A stretch of 64,000 nt of DNA from contig OZ336871.1 of assembly GCA_965287045.1 (NCBI GenBank), forward strand, positions 97,712,001 to 97,776,000. The letters run 5' to 3'. Under the pieces are notes generated by a model, which saw only the letters and a list, made by a program, of their open reading frames with translations, was not told the origin of the DNA and made no database searches. The position numbers and the translations under genes were made by a program. The DNA comes from Carcharhinus amblyrhynchos (Eukaryota). Below, one piece after another: positions 1 through 13,255 of this stretch; positions within the stretch are counted from its first letter, which is position 1, and every line of letters begins with the position of its first letter.

Positions 1-262
1 AAGTCCCCCTCAACTTTCTCTGCTCTAAGGAAAGGAAGCCCAGTCTAATCAACCTCTCTTCATAGCTGAAAAGCTCCAAACCAGGCAACAGCCTGGTGAA
101 TCCCCTCTGCACCCTTTCTAGTGCAATCACATCCTTACTATAGCGTGGTGACCAGAACAGCACACATTACTCTAGTTGTGGCCTAATGAGCATCTTATAC
201 AGCTCCATCATAACCTCCCTGCTCTTATATTCCATGTTAGTCCTCCCAAAGTGCATCACCTC
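1..262 (-). mobile_element. CR1 LINE fragment (RT C-terminal region)
   Basis: Reverse complement resembles the CR1 'LEYxVxFWSPxY..[14 protein letters not shown]' region seen in other copies in the window. Confidence 0.8.
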
Positions 263-289
263 TCACTCACACATGGTTTCAGCTTGCAC

Positions 290-3200
290 CCTGTGCTAAG
301 CGTGCTGTTGCAGGGCTCAATGCCTCAGCAAGTTGTGAGAGTCTAACATGAATTCAAGCAAGCAAGCATTATTTAAAGAAAACATGCTTCTTTTAAAGGA
401 GCAGGTGCTGCTAGAATGCATTTCATTTTCATGCATGACTTTGATTTGGGAAGGAAACTGAAATGCACAATTTGGCAGAGACCTGGGCATGGGGCATTAG
501 CAGGAGGAGAGAAGTCTCCTCTCCACAGAAGGTGGTGCTAGACAAACTGCAAGGCAATGGGAGAAGATGTCCTTGCAGATGAATGCCAACAATGTTAGGC
601 CCAAGGACTTTAAGGTGATGCCATAAGAAGTTCAACGACATCACATGATTGGTTAAGGTTAGTAATTGCATCATCAAACACCATAATCCACCAACAGTAA
701 CTTCACATACTATACATATAGGTGACACCACATCACTCACCCACCAATAAATTCATTCAGTCATGACACAGGTCACAATTTTTTCATCCTCTTACACTCA
801 GCAGTACTGCAAGCCTCACACCCACACCTCACAACTTGGACACATTGCCAACTATTTACCTATGACAGCCACAACAGGTAAGTGCATTGTACCATGTTCA
901 CTGATATTCTTTCCTCTCCCTTACAAGACAAGGTGGTGAATAACTACAGGGAGCAGCACAGATACAGTTAGAACATAGAACACTACAGCACAAACAGGCC
1001 CTTCAGCCCACAAATTGTGCTGATCATATCCCTATCTACTAGGCCTATCTATAACCCTCAATCCCATTAACACCCATGTACTCATCCAGACGTCTCTTAA
1101 AAGACCCCAGTGAGTTCGCCTTTACCACCACTGACTGCAGCCGATTCCACTCACTCACCACCTTTTGAGTGAAAAACTTACTCCTGACATCTCCTCTGTA
1201 CCTACTCCCCAGCATCTTAAACCTGTGTCGTCTCATAGCGACCATTTCAGCCCTGGGAAATCGCCTCCGAGAATCCACCCTATCTTTACCTCTCAACATT
1301 TTATAAACCTCTCTCAGGTCGCCTCTCAACCTTCGTCTCTCCAGGGAGAAGAGACCTAGTTCCCTTAACCTATCCTCATAAGGCATGCCTCCCAATCCAG
1401 GCAACATCCTTGTAAATCTCCTCTGCACCCTCTCAATAGCTTCCACATCCTTCCTGTAGTGAGGCGACTAGAACTGCGCACAGTATTCCAAGTGGGGTCT
1501 GACAAGGGTCTTATAAAGTTGCAGCATTATAGAACATAGAACACTACAGCACAAACAGGCCCTTCCGCCCACAAGTTGCGCCAATCACATCCATAACTAC
1601 CAGGCCATAGAACTATCTGTAACTCCCAATCCCATTATATCCCATGTACTCATCCAGGTCTTTTCAAAGACGCCAGCGAGTTCACCTCTACCACCACTGA
1701 CGGCAGCTGATTCCACTCACCACCTTCTGAGTGAAAAACGTACCCCTGACGTCTCCTCTGTACTTGCTTCCCAGCACCTTAAACCGGTGTCCTCTCGTAG
1801 TGACCATTTCAGCCCTGGGAAACAGCCTCCGAGAATCCACCCAATCTATTCCTCTCAACATTTTATAAACCTCTATCAGGTCACCTCTCAACCTTCATCT
1901 CTCCAGGGAGAAGAGACCTAGCTCCCTCAACCTATCTTCATAAGGCATGCCTCCCAATCCAGGCAACAGCCTTGTAAATCTCCTCTGTACCCTCTCAATA
2001 GCTTCCACATCCTTCCTGCAGTGAGGCGACCAGAACTGAGCACAGTACTCCAAGTGGGGTCTGACAATCTCCCGACTCTAAACTCAATCCCTCGGTTAAT
2101 GAAGGCAAGTACACCATACGCCTTCTTGACCACATCCTCCACCTGCAAGACCAATTTAAGAGTCCTATGGACCTGGACCCCAAGGTCCTTCTGCTCCTCA
2201 GCACTGCTAAGAATCCTACCCTTGATATTATACTCCTTCATCCCATTGGACCTCCCAAAATGGACCACCACACATTTATCCACATTGAAGTCCATCTGCC
2301 ACTTCTCCGCCCAGCCTTGCATCCTATCTATGTCTCACTGCAACTTCTGACATCCCTCCAGACTATCCACAATACCACCAACCTTCGTGTCATCGGCAAA
2401 CTTACCAACCCATCCCTTCACTTCCTCGTGCAGGTCATTTATGAAAATGACAAACAGCAAGGGTCCTAGAACAGATCCCTGGGGCACTCCACTGGTGACC
2501 GACCTCCATGCAGAAAAAGACCCATCCACAACCACTCTCTGCCTTCTGCAGGCAAGCCAGTTCTGGATCCACAAGGCCAAAAGCCCTTGGATCCCATGCC
2601 CTCTCACTTTTTCAAGAAGTTTTGCAGGGGGGACATTATCAAATGCCTTGCTGAAGTCCATGTAAACCACATCCACTGCTCTTCCTTCAATGTGTTCAGT
2701 CACATTTTCAAAGAACTCAACTAGGCTCATAAGGCACAACCTGCCCTTGACAAAGCCAAGTTGTATGTCCTTACTCCCATAGAGAAAATGGTGCTGACCA
2801 TCACTGAAGCAACGATAACTGAGGTTATAGCCAGTGGCGGGGCTTAGGGGATTGATGATGATGATATCCTCATGCCCAATCCTCCTCCTAACATCCCACG
2901 TCCCACTCATCATACAATCACATCTAAATCCCAAGCTGCACATAGTTCACTTATGACCCTTTTGCCCTCCCACCCTACCCCATCTCCTATCACTGCAATC
3001 CTACCACTTGCCTTTCTTTCAGATCTCTAAGAACGGCCATTTGGCCAGGTGGTGGTGCAGCTGCATGAAGTGAAACAGACTTATGATGATAAAACACCAC
3101 TTTTCAATCTTGCACCTGCACCCAGTAGCTCAGATACTGACACTGCATTTACTTTAGAGAGCAGCATAGAGATGGGATCTGCACATGATGAGTCATTGGT

Positions 3201-3975
3201 GACGAGTGGCCTGCAATCAGGACAGGGGGAGGGGCAGCACAGGTTGAAGGCACACGGGTTCTGCTCAATAGCACAGTTTACAGGGAAAGGTTCTTGGACA
3301 TGTACAGTATGCTTGGTGCACTGGCTGGTCTACAAGAAAACCTACAATCAATGTTATGGAGTGTGGAATACTCTAGCACTGACTTGGTATATGGCTTTGT
3401 GTAGAGCTTTGAGTCTATCTTTTCCAGTGTGGAGATGGCAGTCAGCTCCACAAAAGCAATTGTGGATTTAAACATAATGCAGTGTTTGATGGTCAATGTC
3501 TTCGTTTCCATTGCTGCACAAGCAGGAACTATCCACAATCTGAGTGCTGTGTGGAAGCTTAGCTAAGGCTTATGTAATCGTAGTTTATTGTCAAGCAACC
3601 TCAGTCCGCTGCCATAATGACTATGGACTCCAGTGCTCAAGGGGATTTGCAAAGTTTTGCAGCAGTCCGCAAATTTATCCTCCAACAGATTACTACCGCT
3701 CTGAGCTGGCACCTGAAGTGGGTGACAGTGGCTTCACACAACACAAACCTCTGTCCTCTCTCAAGATGACTGCATCTGTCCTCTCACCACTGCCATTTTG
3801 CCAGTCCTCTCGTTGTTGTCTGTCAGCTAGCTAGCCTAGACTGCCTAGACTGCTGTCATCCATGCCAAAGGGCTGCAAAGAGCTGCAATCCTTCTGGAGT
3901 CAGAGCTGTCTGAGGCCACCTTGCAAGCCTATCTCCCACCAAAGTCTGTCCCACTGAATTGCCAGCCATGCTGCA
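290..3975 (+). mobile_element. Degenerate Harbinger/PIF-like element, Myb/SANT-like ORF remnant, interrupted by CR1 insertions (969-2757)
   Basis: About 540-650 translates across a frameshift as RQWEKMSLQMNANNVRP/RTLR*CHKKFNDIT (Myb/SANT-like W..C.KKFND motif); continues DKVVNNYREQ before the CR1 and EKMVLTITEATITEVIASGGA*GIDDD after it; boundaries approximate. Confidence 0.55.
969..2757 (-). mobile_element. Two CR1 LINE copies of one subfamily, nested (A: 969-1529 + 2068-2757; B: 1530-2067)
   Basis: ORFs 1045-1446, 1688-1891, 1927-2322 and 2335-2943 carry CR1 RT motifs (GVPQGSVLGPLLF, KFADDTK); two (TGTTCTA)n-type tails at about 969 and 1530. Confidence 0.92.
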
Positions 3976-3979
3976 ACTA

Positions 3980-4258
3980 TTAGAATATAGAACATGTAAA
4001 ATAGAACAGTACAGCACAGTACAGGCCCTTTGGCCCTCGATGTTGTGCCGAGCTACGTCCAAATCCAAGATCAAGCTATCCCACTCCCTATCATTCTGGT
4101 GTGTTCCATGTGCCTATCCAATAATCACTTGAAAGTTCCTGAAGTGTCCGACTCCACTATCACAGCAGGCAGTGCATTCCACACCCCAACCACTCTCTGA
4201 GTAAAGAACCTACCTCGAACATCCCTCCTATATCTTCCACCATGAACCTTATGCAATG
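3980..4258 (-). mobile_element. CR1 LINE 3' fragment
   Basis: RYRRDVRGRFFTQRVVGVWNALP; microsatellite-like tail at about 3980. Confidence 0.85.
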
Positions 4259-4299
4259 GCATCTCAATAAGGGCATAACTATAAGAGTGAACAAAGGCA

Positions 4300-6018
4300 A
4301 TAATTTTCAATTCCTGTCTGGAACAGAGATGCCAGAGGACCGGAGGACAACCAATATGGTGCCATTATTCAAGAAAGGAGAAAGGGATAAACCAGGAAAC
4401 AACAGGCCAGTCAGTCTAACCTCAGTGGTGTGGGAACCATTGGAAGCAATTCTGAGACAGGATTAATCTGCATTTGGAGAGGCAGGGATTAATCGAGAAC
4501 AGTTAGCACAGTTTTGTGAAGGGGAGGTCACATCTGACCGACTTGACTGAATTTTGATTGAACAAGTGATCAAGTGATTTGACATGCTCTACTTGGACTT
4601 TGACAAGGCTTTTGACAAGGTTCCACACGGGAGACTGATAGCGAAGCTAAGAGTCCATGGGATCCAAGGAAATTTGGCAAATTGGATCCAGAATCGGCTG
4701 AGTGGAAGCAAAGGGTGATGATCAAGGGGTTTTTTTCAAACTGAAAGTCTGGGGGTCCCTAAGAGGTCAATTTTGGGACCCTTGCTGTGTGTGGTTTATA
4801 TAAATTATGGAGGGTTGATCAGTAAATTCACAGATGATATGAAAATTGATGGGGTGGTAAATAGAGAGGATGATTAGATTAGAGAAGGATATGAATAGGC
4901 TGATCAGATAGGCTGATCAATGGCAAATTGAATTCAATGCAGATAAGTGCGAGGTGATGCACTTGGGCAGGACAAACAAGGCAAGGGAATACAACGTGAC
5001 AGTGGTTAGCACTGCTGCCTTACAGTGCCAGGGATGCAGGTTCAATTCCGGCCTCAGGTAACCGTTTGTGCGGAGTTTGCACATTCTCCCTGTGTTGGTG
5101 TGGGTTTCCTCTGGGTGCTCCGGTTTCCTCCCACACTCCAAAGATGTGCAGATTAGGTTGTGGCTATGATAAATTGGCCCTTAGTGTCAACGAGCTTAGC
5201 AAGGTAAATACATGAGGTTACAGGGATAGGACCTGGGTGGGATTGTTGTTGATGCAAGCTCGATGCTGAATAGTCTCCTTCTACATCGATGATTTCTTTT
5301 TCTATCTTGGGAAGCAGTAGGATCAGAGGGACCTTGGCATGCATGTACATCAGTCTCTTAAGATAGTAGGACAGGTGGATAAAGTGGTTAAGAAAGCATA
5401 TGGTGTTGTTTATCTTTATTAGCTGCGACATAGAGTGTAAGAGCATGGAAGCTATGCTGGAAGTGTATAAAATGTTGGTTGGGCTACAGCTAGAGTACAA
5501 TGTGCAGTTCTGGAATCTACATTATAGGAGGGATCTGATATTACTGGAGATTTACCAGGATGTTGCCTGGGCTGGAGAGTTTTAGTTATGAGGAGAGATT
5601 GGGATAGACTGGGGTTGTTTTCCTTGCAGCAGAGGAGACTGAGGGGGGACATGATTGAGATGTATAAAATTGAGGGACATAGATAGAGTAGGCAGGAAGA
5701 AACTTTCCTCCTTGGTGGAGGGATCAATGACTAGATTCACAAATTTAAGGAAAGGGGGTTATAGTGGGGATGTGAGGAAAAACTTTTTCACCCAGAAGGT
5801 AGTGGGAGTCTGAAACTCACTACCTGAAAGGATGGCAGAGGCTGAGACCCTCATACCATTTATGAAGTATTTAGATGCACATTTGTGACACCAAGGCATG
5901 CAAGGCTATGGGCCAAGTGCTGGAAAATGGGTTTGGAATTGCGAATGGTTTGTCTTTGACCCACGCAGATGCAATGGGCCAAAGGGCCTTTTTCTGTGCT
6001 GTATACCTCTATGACTCT
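4300..6018 (+). mobile_element. Degenerate CR1 LINE (RT region to 3' tail) with a SINE inserted
   Basis: VPLFKKGERDKPGNNRPVSLTSVV; LEYNVQFW; tail ending ctctatgactcta. Confidence 0.88.
4996..5297 (+). mobile_element. HE1-type (V-SINE) tRNA-derived SINE
   Basis: A box tggttagcactg, B box ggttcaattcc, V-domain gtgggtttcctctgggtgctccggtttcctcccaca. Confidence 0.88.
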
Positions 6019-6552
6019 AAAGGCTCAAAAGAAATGTACAAAGGTGATTAGCTAACTTTTGTGTGCAATTTTAATATTTTGTTCGATAAATGTGATTTGG
6101 AATATTTGTTTTGTGGTGGCTTTTATCCCAGCAATAAGCACATGAAGACATTACAATGTACAGTAATAGAGGAAGCTAAGGTGTGTAACTTGTTGAATGG
6201 AGATTTGCGGTTGTGTGTGATACCTGTAGTGCTGAAAAAAATAGGCTGAATTTTTCATCTGTTTGGCACATTAACAGATTCCCACGACAACCACACACGC
6301 TCTCCCATCCCTTGCTCCCTGGGGTAATGAGATCCATTTAAATCAGATAGTTAAAATGATTTAATGAACATTTTATATCTGAACAGCTGAAAATACTAAC
6401 TAAGTGTGTGTATTATAAATGCACATAGCCCCATTCTGTGTCATTGTCTTTGTCCTAGGTCATGTTTCACGCTGTGTCAGATAGGAGTTGCTTCAAGGAG
6501 AATCCATAATGCTAAATGGACATTCATATAAGTTTCATGTGTTTAGAGATTT

Positions 6553-7195
6553 CAAAGAGCAAAGAACAAAGAATAGGCCCTTCGGCCCTCCAAGCCTGCA
6601 CCGACCATGCTGCCCATGTGAACTAAAACCCCCTATCCTTCTGGGGACCATATCCCTCTATTCCCATCCTATTCATGTATTTGTCAAGATGCCCCTTAAA
6701 AGTCACTATCATATCTACCTCCACTACCTCCCCTGGCACTGAATTCCAGGCATCCACCACCCTCTGTGAAAAAAAACTTGCCTTGTACATCTCCTTTAAA
6801 CTTTGCGCTTCACACCTTAAACCTATACCCCCTAGTAATTGCCTCTTCCGTCCTGGGAAAAAGCTTCTGACTATCCATTCTGTCCATGTCTCTCATAATC
6901 TTGTAGGCTTCTATCAAGTCGCCCCTCAACCTCCATCGTTCCAATGAGAACAAACCAAGTTTCTCCAAGCTCTCCTCATAGCGAATGCCCTCCATATCAG
7001 GCAACATTCTGGCAAATCTTTTTTGTACTCTCTCCAAAGCCTCCACATCCTTCTGGTAGTGTGGCGACCAGAATTGAACGCTATATTCCAAGTGTGGCCT
7101 AACTAAGGTTCTATAAAGATGCAACATAACTTGCCAATTTTTAAACACAATGCCCCCACCAATGAAGGCAAGCATGCTGTATGCCTTGTTGACTA
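6553..7195 (-). mobile_element. 5'-truncated CR1 LINE flanked by a 44-bp direct repeat
   Basis: ORF 6810-7175 (LVRPHLEYSVQFWSPHYQKD); flanking repeat at 6490-6533 and 7198-7241. Confidence 0.9.
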
Positions 7196-7276
7196 AGGCT
7201 TCAAGGAGAATCTATAATGCTAAATGGACATTCATATAAGTATTGTTTGTTTAGGGTCTTCGTGACCATTTATCGC

Positions 7277-9120
7277 ATTGCCCAATCCATCACGCAAACC
7301 AGCCTCCCATCCATTGACTCTGTCTACACTTCCCGCTGCCTTGGCAAAGCAGCCAGCATAATTAAGGACCCCACACACCCCGGACATTCTCTCTTCCACC
7401 TTCTTCCTTCGGGAAAAAGATACAAAAGTCTAAGATCACAGACCAAATGACTCAAGAACAGCTTCTTCCCTGCTGCTGTCAGACTGCCGGAAGATTGGAA
7501 AACGGCTAATGTTACGCCGTTGTTTAAGAAGGGTGGCAGGCAAAAGGCAGGGGATTATAGGCCGGTTAGTTTAACGTCTGTTGTAGGTAAAATGTTAGAA
7601 TCCGTCATCAAGGAGAAAATAGCGAGGCATCTTGAGGAGAATTGTTTGATAGGGCAGACTCAGCACGGTTTCGTTAAGGGGAAGTCGTGTCTGACGAATT
7701 TATTGGAGTTCTATGAGGATGTGTCTAGGTGTGGTGTTTCTTGATTTTCAGATGGCGTTTGATAAGGTGCCGCACAAGAGGTTATTACAGAAGGTCAGGG
7801 GGCATGGAGTTGGGGGTAGGGTGTTAGCGTGGATAGGGGATTGGCTGTCAAATAGGAGGCAGAGAGTGGGGGTCAATGGGTGCTATTCGGATTGGCGGTT
7901 GGTGACTAGTGGAGTGCCCCAGGGGTCAGTGCTGGGGCCTCAGCTATTTACCATTTATATAGATGATCTGGAGGAGGGAACCGAGTGTATGGTGTCGAAA
8001 TTTGCTGATGACACCAAGATTGGTGGAACGGCAAATTGTGCGGAGGGTGTGGAAAGTCTGCAGAGGGATCTAGATAGGCTGGGCGAATGGGCCAGGAACT
8101 GGCAAATGGAATTTAATGTTGGCAAGTGTGAAGTTGTCCACTTTGGTAGGAATAATGGTAGGAAGGACTATTACTTACATGGCGAAAAACTGCAGCATGC
8201 GACGGTGCAGAGGGACCTGGGGGTCCTTGTGCATGAGTCGCAAAAACCCAGCTTGCAGGTGCAGCAGGTGGTCAGGAAGGCGAATGGGATGCTGGCCTTC
8301 ATAGCGAGGGGGATTGAATATAAAAGTAGGGAGGTTTTGCTGCAACTGTACAGGGCACTGGTGAGGCCGCAGCTGGAGTACTGTGTGCAGTTTTGGTCGC
8401 CGCACTTACGCAAGGATATTTTGGCCTTGGAGGGAGTGCAGAGGAGGTTTACTAGGCTGATACCGGAGTTGAGGGGGTTGAACTATGAGGAGAGGCTGAA
8501 TAAACTAGGCTTGTACTCATTAGAGTTTAGAAGAATGAGGGGAGATCTCATTGAGACGTATAAGATGATGAATGGGATGGATAGGATAGAGGTGGAGAGA
8601 CTCTTCCCGCTCAGAAAGGACAGTAGGACTAGAGGGCACAGCCTCAAGATAAAGGGGGGGCGGTTTAGAATGGAGTTGAGGAGGAACTTCTTCACTCAAA
8701 GGGTGGTGAATCTCTGGAATTCTCTGCCCGTTGAAGTGGTGGAGGCTGCCTCGCTAAATATATTTAAGACGCGGGTTGATGGGTTTTTGATAAGCGAGGG
8801 GATTAAGGGTTAAGGGGAGAGGGCGGGAATGTGGAACTGAGACACGACAGATCAGCCATGATCTTACTGAATGGCGGGGCAGGCTCGAAGGGCTAGATGG
8901 CCTACTCCTGCTCTTTTTCTTATGTTCTTACTTTTGAATGGACTTACCTTGCATTAAGTTGATCTTTCTCTAAACCCTAGCTATGACTGCAACACTACAT
9001 TCTGCACTCTCTCGTTCCCTTCTCCGTGAGTGGTATGTTTTGTCTGTATAGCGCACACGAAACAATACTTTTCACTGTATGTTAATACATGTGACAATAA
9101 TAAATCAAATCAAATCAAAT
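7277..9120 (+). mobile_element. Rex1/Babar-like LINE 3' end (7277-7484 + 8929-9120) split by a CR1
   Basis: IIKDPTHPGHSLFHLLPSGKRYKSL..LKNSFFPAAVRL continues after the CR1; tail aataaa(tcaaa)n. Confidence 0.75.
7485..8928 (+). mobile_element. Young 5'-truncated CR1 LINE, RT ORF open for 366 aa
   Basis: ORF 7713-8813 with GVPQGSVLGP and FADDTK, intact to its stop; short ACT duplication at the junctions. Confidence 0.95.
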
Positions 9121-9569
9121 GCTATTTGTGAGGCCTTGCAGTGCACAGATTGACTGCTCCATTTCTTTATAGTACAAGAGTTGCCACAATTCCAAAGTGC
9201 TTCATTAGCTGAGGGTTATCCCGAGGTCACAAATAGTGTTGCTTAAATTTAAGTTGGTTCTTTATTTAATACTGAGCCTCATTTCAGGAAGATATATTCC
9301 TTCCATCAAAACTAAACCGGAGCGAACAAATCGAATCTAGGCAGGATGGGATTTTGTGGCAGGTTTTATTTGCTACAGCAACTAAGGTTCCAAAGCAGTG
9401 AACATAACAAGGGAGCCAGAGATTGATGATGCGGCAGTGAATCTGCCTTGGCCAAATGGAACAAGGCAAACTTTGTACTGGCATAACCAATGCTAATTAG
9501 ATTGCATGATTTGGAAAGTGGTGCTTCTGATCATATTCATATGGAATGAGGCAGGAGAAAAAGCACAAT

Positions 9570-9962
9570 GAGAAATGGATGGAGTTTAGGAGAATGAGAA
9601 GTAATTTAGTTGAAGCATATCAAATTCATAAGGGGCTTGACAGGATGGGTGCTTGAGCAAATACTTCCCCTGATTTGGGAATCTACAACATGGGGTCAAA
9701 GTCTCAGAATAAGGAGATGAGGGGAGATTTCTTCACTGAAAGGGTTGTGAATCTTTGAAATTGTCTACCTTACAGCTTTAGCTGCTCAGTCACTGACTAT
9801 GTACAAGAGAGAAGTCGATAAATCTTTTTATACTGAGGGAATTAAGGGATATGAGGCGAGGGGAGTTGAGGTAAAAGTTCAGCTATGATCTTACTGAAAG
9901 ACTGAGCAGGCTTGAAAGACCAAATGGAATGCTCCTGCTCCTATTTCTTAAGTTCTCATGTT
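9570..9962 (+). mobile_element. Old CR1 3' fragment
   Basis: ttcttcactgaaagggttgtgaatc and the CR1 tail ctcctgctcctatttc. Confidence 0.75.
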
Positions 9963-12499
9963 GCTAAGGAGACCTTCATGGTGGAATTTAAAGTAAATCC
10001 ATTAACTAATGTGTATTATTCTTTCAAAATTGGCAACTGAAGGCTAGCTTAATAGTGTCCTGTACATGGAAGGATTACACAATAATACTGATATGAAGCG
10101 TACAGACAAATCCCATCATCACTAGGTGAGGTTATGCACCTGAAGCAAGCTTTCACTATTCTGTTAAAGAACAAAATGTATTGATTACTTTGAATGTTAA
10201 CAGTAAATTTACGGTAATTTAAGTGAGCACTTTGAATAAAAAGAGACAATTTTATATCTTTACTCTGTTAGAAATACCTTAAAGCCTAAAACATACAACT
10301 GAATGTACATCCAGCTCAGCAGGAGTTTGTCACATTTATATTAACAACCTGTTAAATATCCCTCCATTGTTAAACTTGGGTAAGGCATTAAATTCCACCC
10401 ACTTTCTCCTTGTTGACTTGTCTCACAGATACCCAATCTATGTAAGCAACCCCTCACAGTTGTGCTTGTTGTGCTTCCTGGATGGGGAACCCCATTTACC
10501 AAGGCTAATACCAGCAGAGGCAGGTTTTAGCCCATAAGGAGATATCAATTATCCACTTAAGGGCCTCAGTTGATGAAAGGGCAGAAAGGCCATCCACGGT
10601 CTTCCTGCCATGAGCTTATCTGGGGCAGAGGTGCAAGATGGCAGAGTTCCCACCCAATTAAATGCCTCTCCACCACCAAACTGAGGGACGGTATTCATTT
10701 CCATCCATTGTCTCACAGATAGCCAGTCCCTGTGATTCATGTGTCAGCTTTGGTAGAACAAGTCAGCTGTTAATAGAGGGGGGAATGATAAGAGGAGAAC
10801 TGAAAGTCAAAAACTGATCCTGCCTTTACACAATGTCCCCATAAATCATACAAGGTTTGCTGGATAATGACCAGAAATTCTGGTCAATTTCCTTCCCAAA
10901 CATAAAGGTGCTGAGGCCACCACAGCTGAGATCAATTATTCAGTACACTTCAAGGATTGAAGCTGGACTCTATAACACAGTTTTTCATTGTATAATCTCA
11001 ATGAGTCATCAAGGGAGTTTGCTCCACAAAACCTTTACTAATTTGGAAACACTACTACTGGTAATTTGCTGAAGTATGAATGTTAAATTTGTCAGCAGTT
11101 GAATGGCTTTAGCAGCTTATGCACTAAATCTTTTGATAAGCAACAAATGGGTACAGGTAAGTCATAAATAACAGTTTCATTGGGTGCAAATAATCCAAAA
11201 CAGAGCAAGCTATCAAAACCATTCAGTTTTTAATTGGGTTTGACCTTACATAAGTGTCACTGCAGTAACGTTTCTTTGTTCCTTTCTCCTTCTTGTAGCC
11301 ACACTTCCTTTTTATAAAAATAAATGAGCCTGGCATGTAGATTTCTTCAATAGAGATTGTTACTTCTGTTCAGTAATTGGCCAACAGGACATGTGATGTC
11401 CCACCCTGGGGCACATTTACTGCAATCCAGAGTCTGTCTAAGAACTGGTGAAAATGAAGGCAGGCAAACTTCAGCATCAGCTGAGATTAGTACTCAAATC
11501 TGTGACTGACTTCAGAGTATAATAACTTCACACGTTGGAGTTGCTGCACTGTCGAAAGACTTTGTATGAACAGTGGCGTTTTATATATATATGACTCGAA
11601 GAAAATTCTTAAGGCGAATACAACAGTTAAGTCTCCCTTCAGGAATTTAAGTTTTAAAGTTGTTTACTTAACAATTAGCAAGATGTGGCATTAAGATATC
11701 CCCTCTTTTGTACATACACACATATTTCTACATTTAATAAAAGATGATCAAATAATATTCTGAATGATATTTTTGTTGTATTCATTACATCAAGCCATTA
11801 ATTTCTTGAAAAAGATCAATTAAAATGTTCACAAAGACATGTGGAATGCTCTGAAAAAAGGTCAAATAACTGGGAGTGCATAGTTACTATTTTTGTAATA
11901 ATAACCTAATCAGATCAACCAGAAACAAGATGGATGGGAAAGCTATATTTCTGTCAGGTTTAAGAAAATGTGATATTAGAAAAGCAGAATGTGGAGTGAG
12001 GAGTGGAGTCTGCAGGCAGCTGGAATGCATTGAGCTGTTTCAACTGTGGCCTTGTTTTCAGCACACAGCCCTTGTTTTCCTTCCTCTCCTCTCTTTCCTG
12101 TTATAATCTGTTACAGTGCTTATTCCTCAACCTATATTCATTTGTCCTTATTTCTCAATAATTCAACTCCAGTGGACTGCCTTCGAGGCAATATTTCCAT
12201 TCATTTCACTGCACCATCCGAGGAATCAGTTCACCTCATCGAATATGTAATTATTGCTGATGTTATCTGTACCAAACGCTATTACTAAGCAACTAATGTA
12301 AAATATATTATTGATGATACAAATTTATTTTTGATCATTGAATCTGACCATTTGGCAGGAAAATAAAACCGATACCAGAAGTTGTCCCATTTATGATCTT
12401 ACCAATATGTACATAGAGATATAAAATTAACAATGTTCATTCTTTCCTATCATTAGTTTTGCTGATGATTTATTTTACAAAACTGTCCCTTCAATCTTT

Positions 12500-13255
12500 C
12501 ATGTACCCAGTGGCCATTGGACAGTGCCAGCCTGGTAATGCTCAGCTGACACCCTGGCAGTGCCGATCTGGAATCTTGAATTGCCTGGTTGGGCATCAGA
12601 TATACATGTGCTTGTGGCAATGCCAAGGGGATGTGACCTAAATGGGGGTAGGGCTATGACTGGGGAGGGTATACAAAATGACGGGGGGACTTATGTAGGG
12701 GAGAAGCTGTGCAAAGGTGAGCTGTGTAATGGGGGAGCTCTGAAAGGGGAATGCTCTGCAAGGAGGGATCGCGCAGGACAGTCATGTGGAGAAATCATGC
12801 AGGGGGGTTTGTGTGGAGGGGGGATTGCGCAGCAGGTAATGCAGGGTGGGGTCATGTAGGGGGAGTTATGGACGGTGTTGTGACAGGGCAAGCTCGGGAG
12901 TCCGCCAGGAGACTCACTGGGAGAGTCCTGATGCCAGTTACCCATATTGGTAATTGGTGTGGGGGGGGGGGGGGGGCGCAGCAATGCCACCAGTGATTAT
13001 GGGGGCAGGGGGATGGGGCGGTGTCTGATGTCCATGTGGGCAGGGTGGGGGTGGAGATCTCCCAGTTCACTGTGTGATCAGCACACCCTATGCAATAGCA
13101 CCTAAGCGCTCTGCTGCTGGCTTCACCAGCAGACGTAGGCTGTGCCGCCCCATCCAGTGCAAAGCTCCAAGCTGTCAGAAATACTGACTGAGTGCTGGAG
13201 GATCGCAGTGCTGAACTTGCCCAAAAGACTGATGTGGAACGCTCCCGTTTTCATG
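12500..13255. mobile_element. G-rich non-autonomous DNA-transposon-like remnant
   Basis: G-rich low-complexity block with a poly-G run at about 12961-12977; no coding motif; classification tentative. Confidence 0.3.

Noticed and set aside
7713-8813. 366-aa ORF as a host gene or domesticated RT
   Set aside because: Ordinary 5'-truncated young CR1 with an upstream internal deletion and no endonuclease
9284-12290. Search for the next RFTN1 coding exon
   Set aside because: No minus-strand peptide resembling the raftlin LY..G..L.A.HPFVQP region was found; the exon probably lies left of the window
12459-13070. Overlapping Gly/Pro-rich ORFs
   Set aside because: Produced by G-rich low-complexity sequence; no domain or splice support
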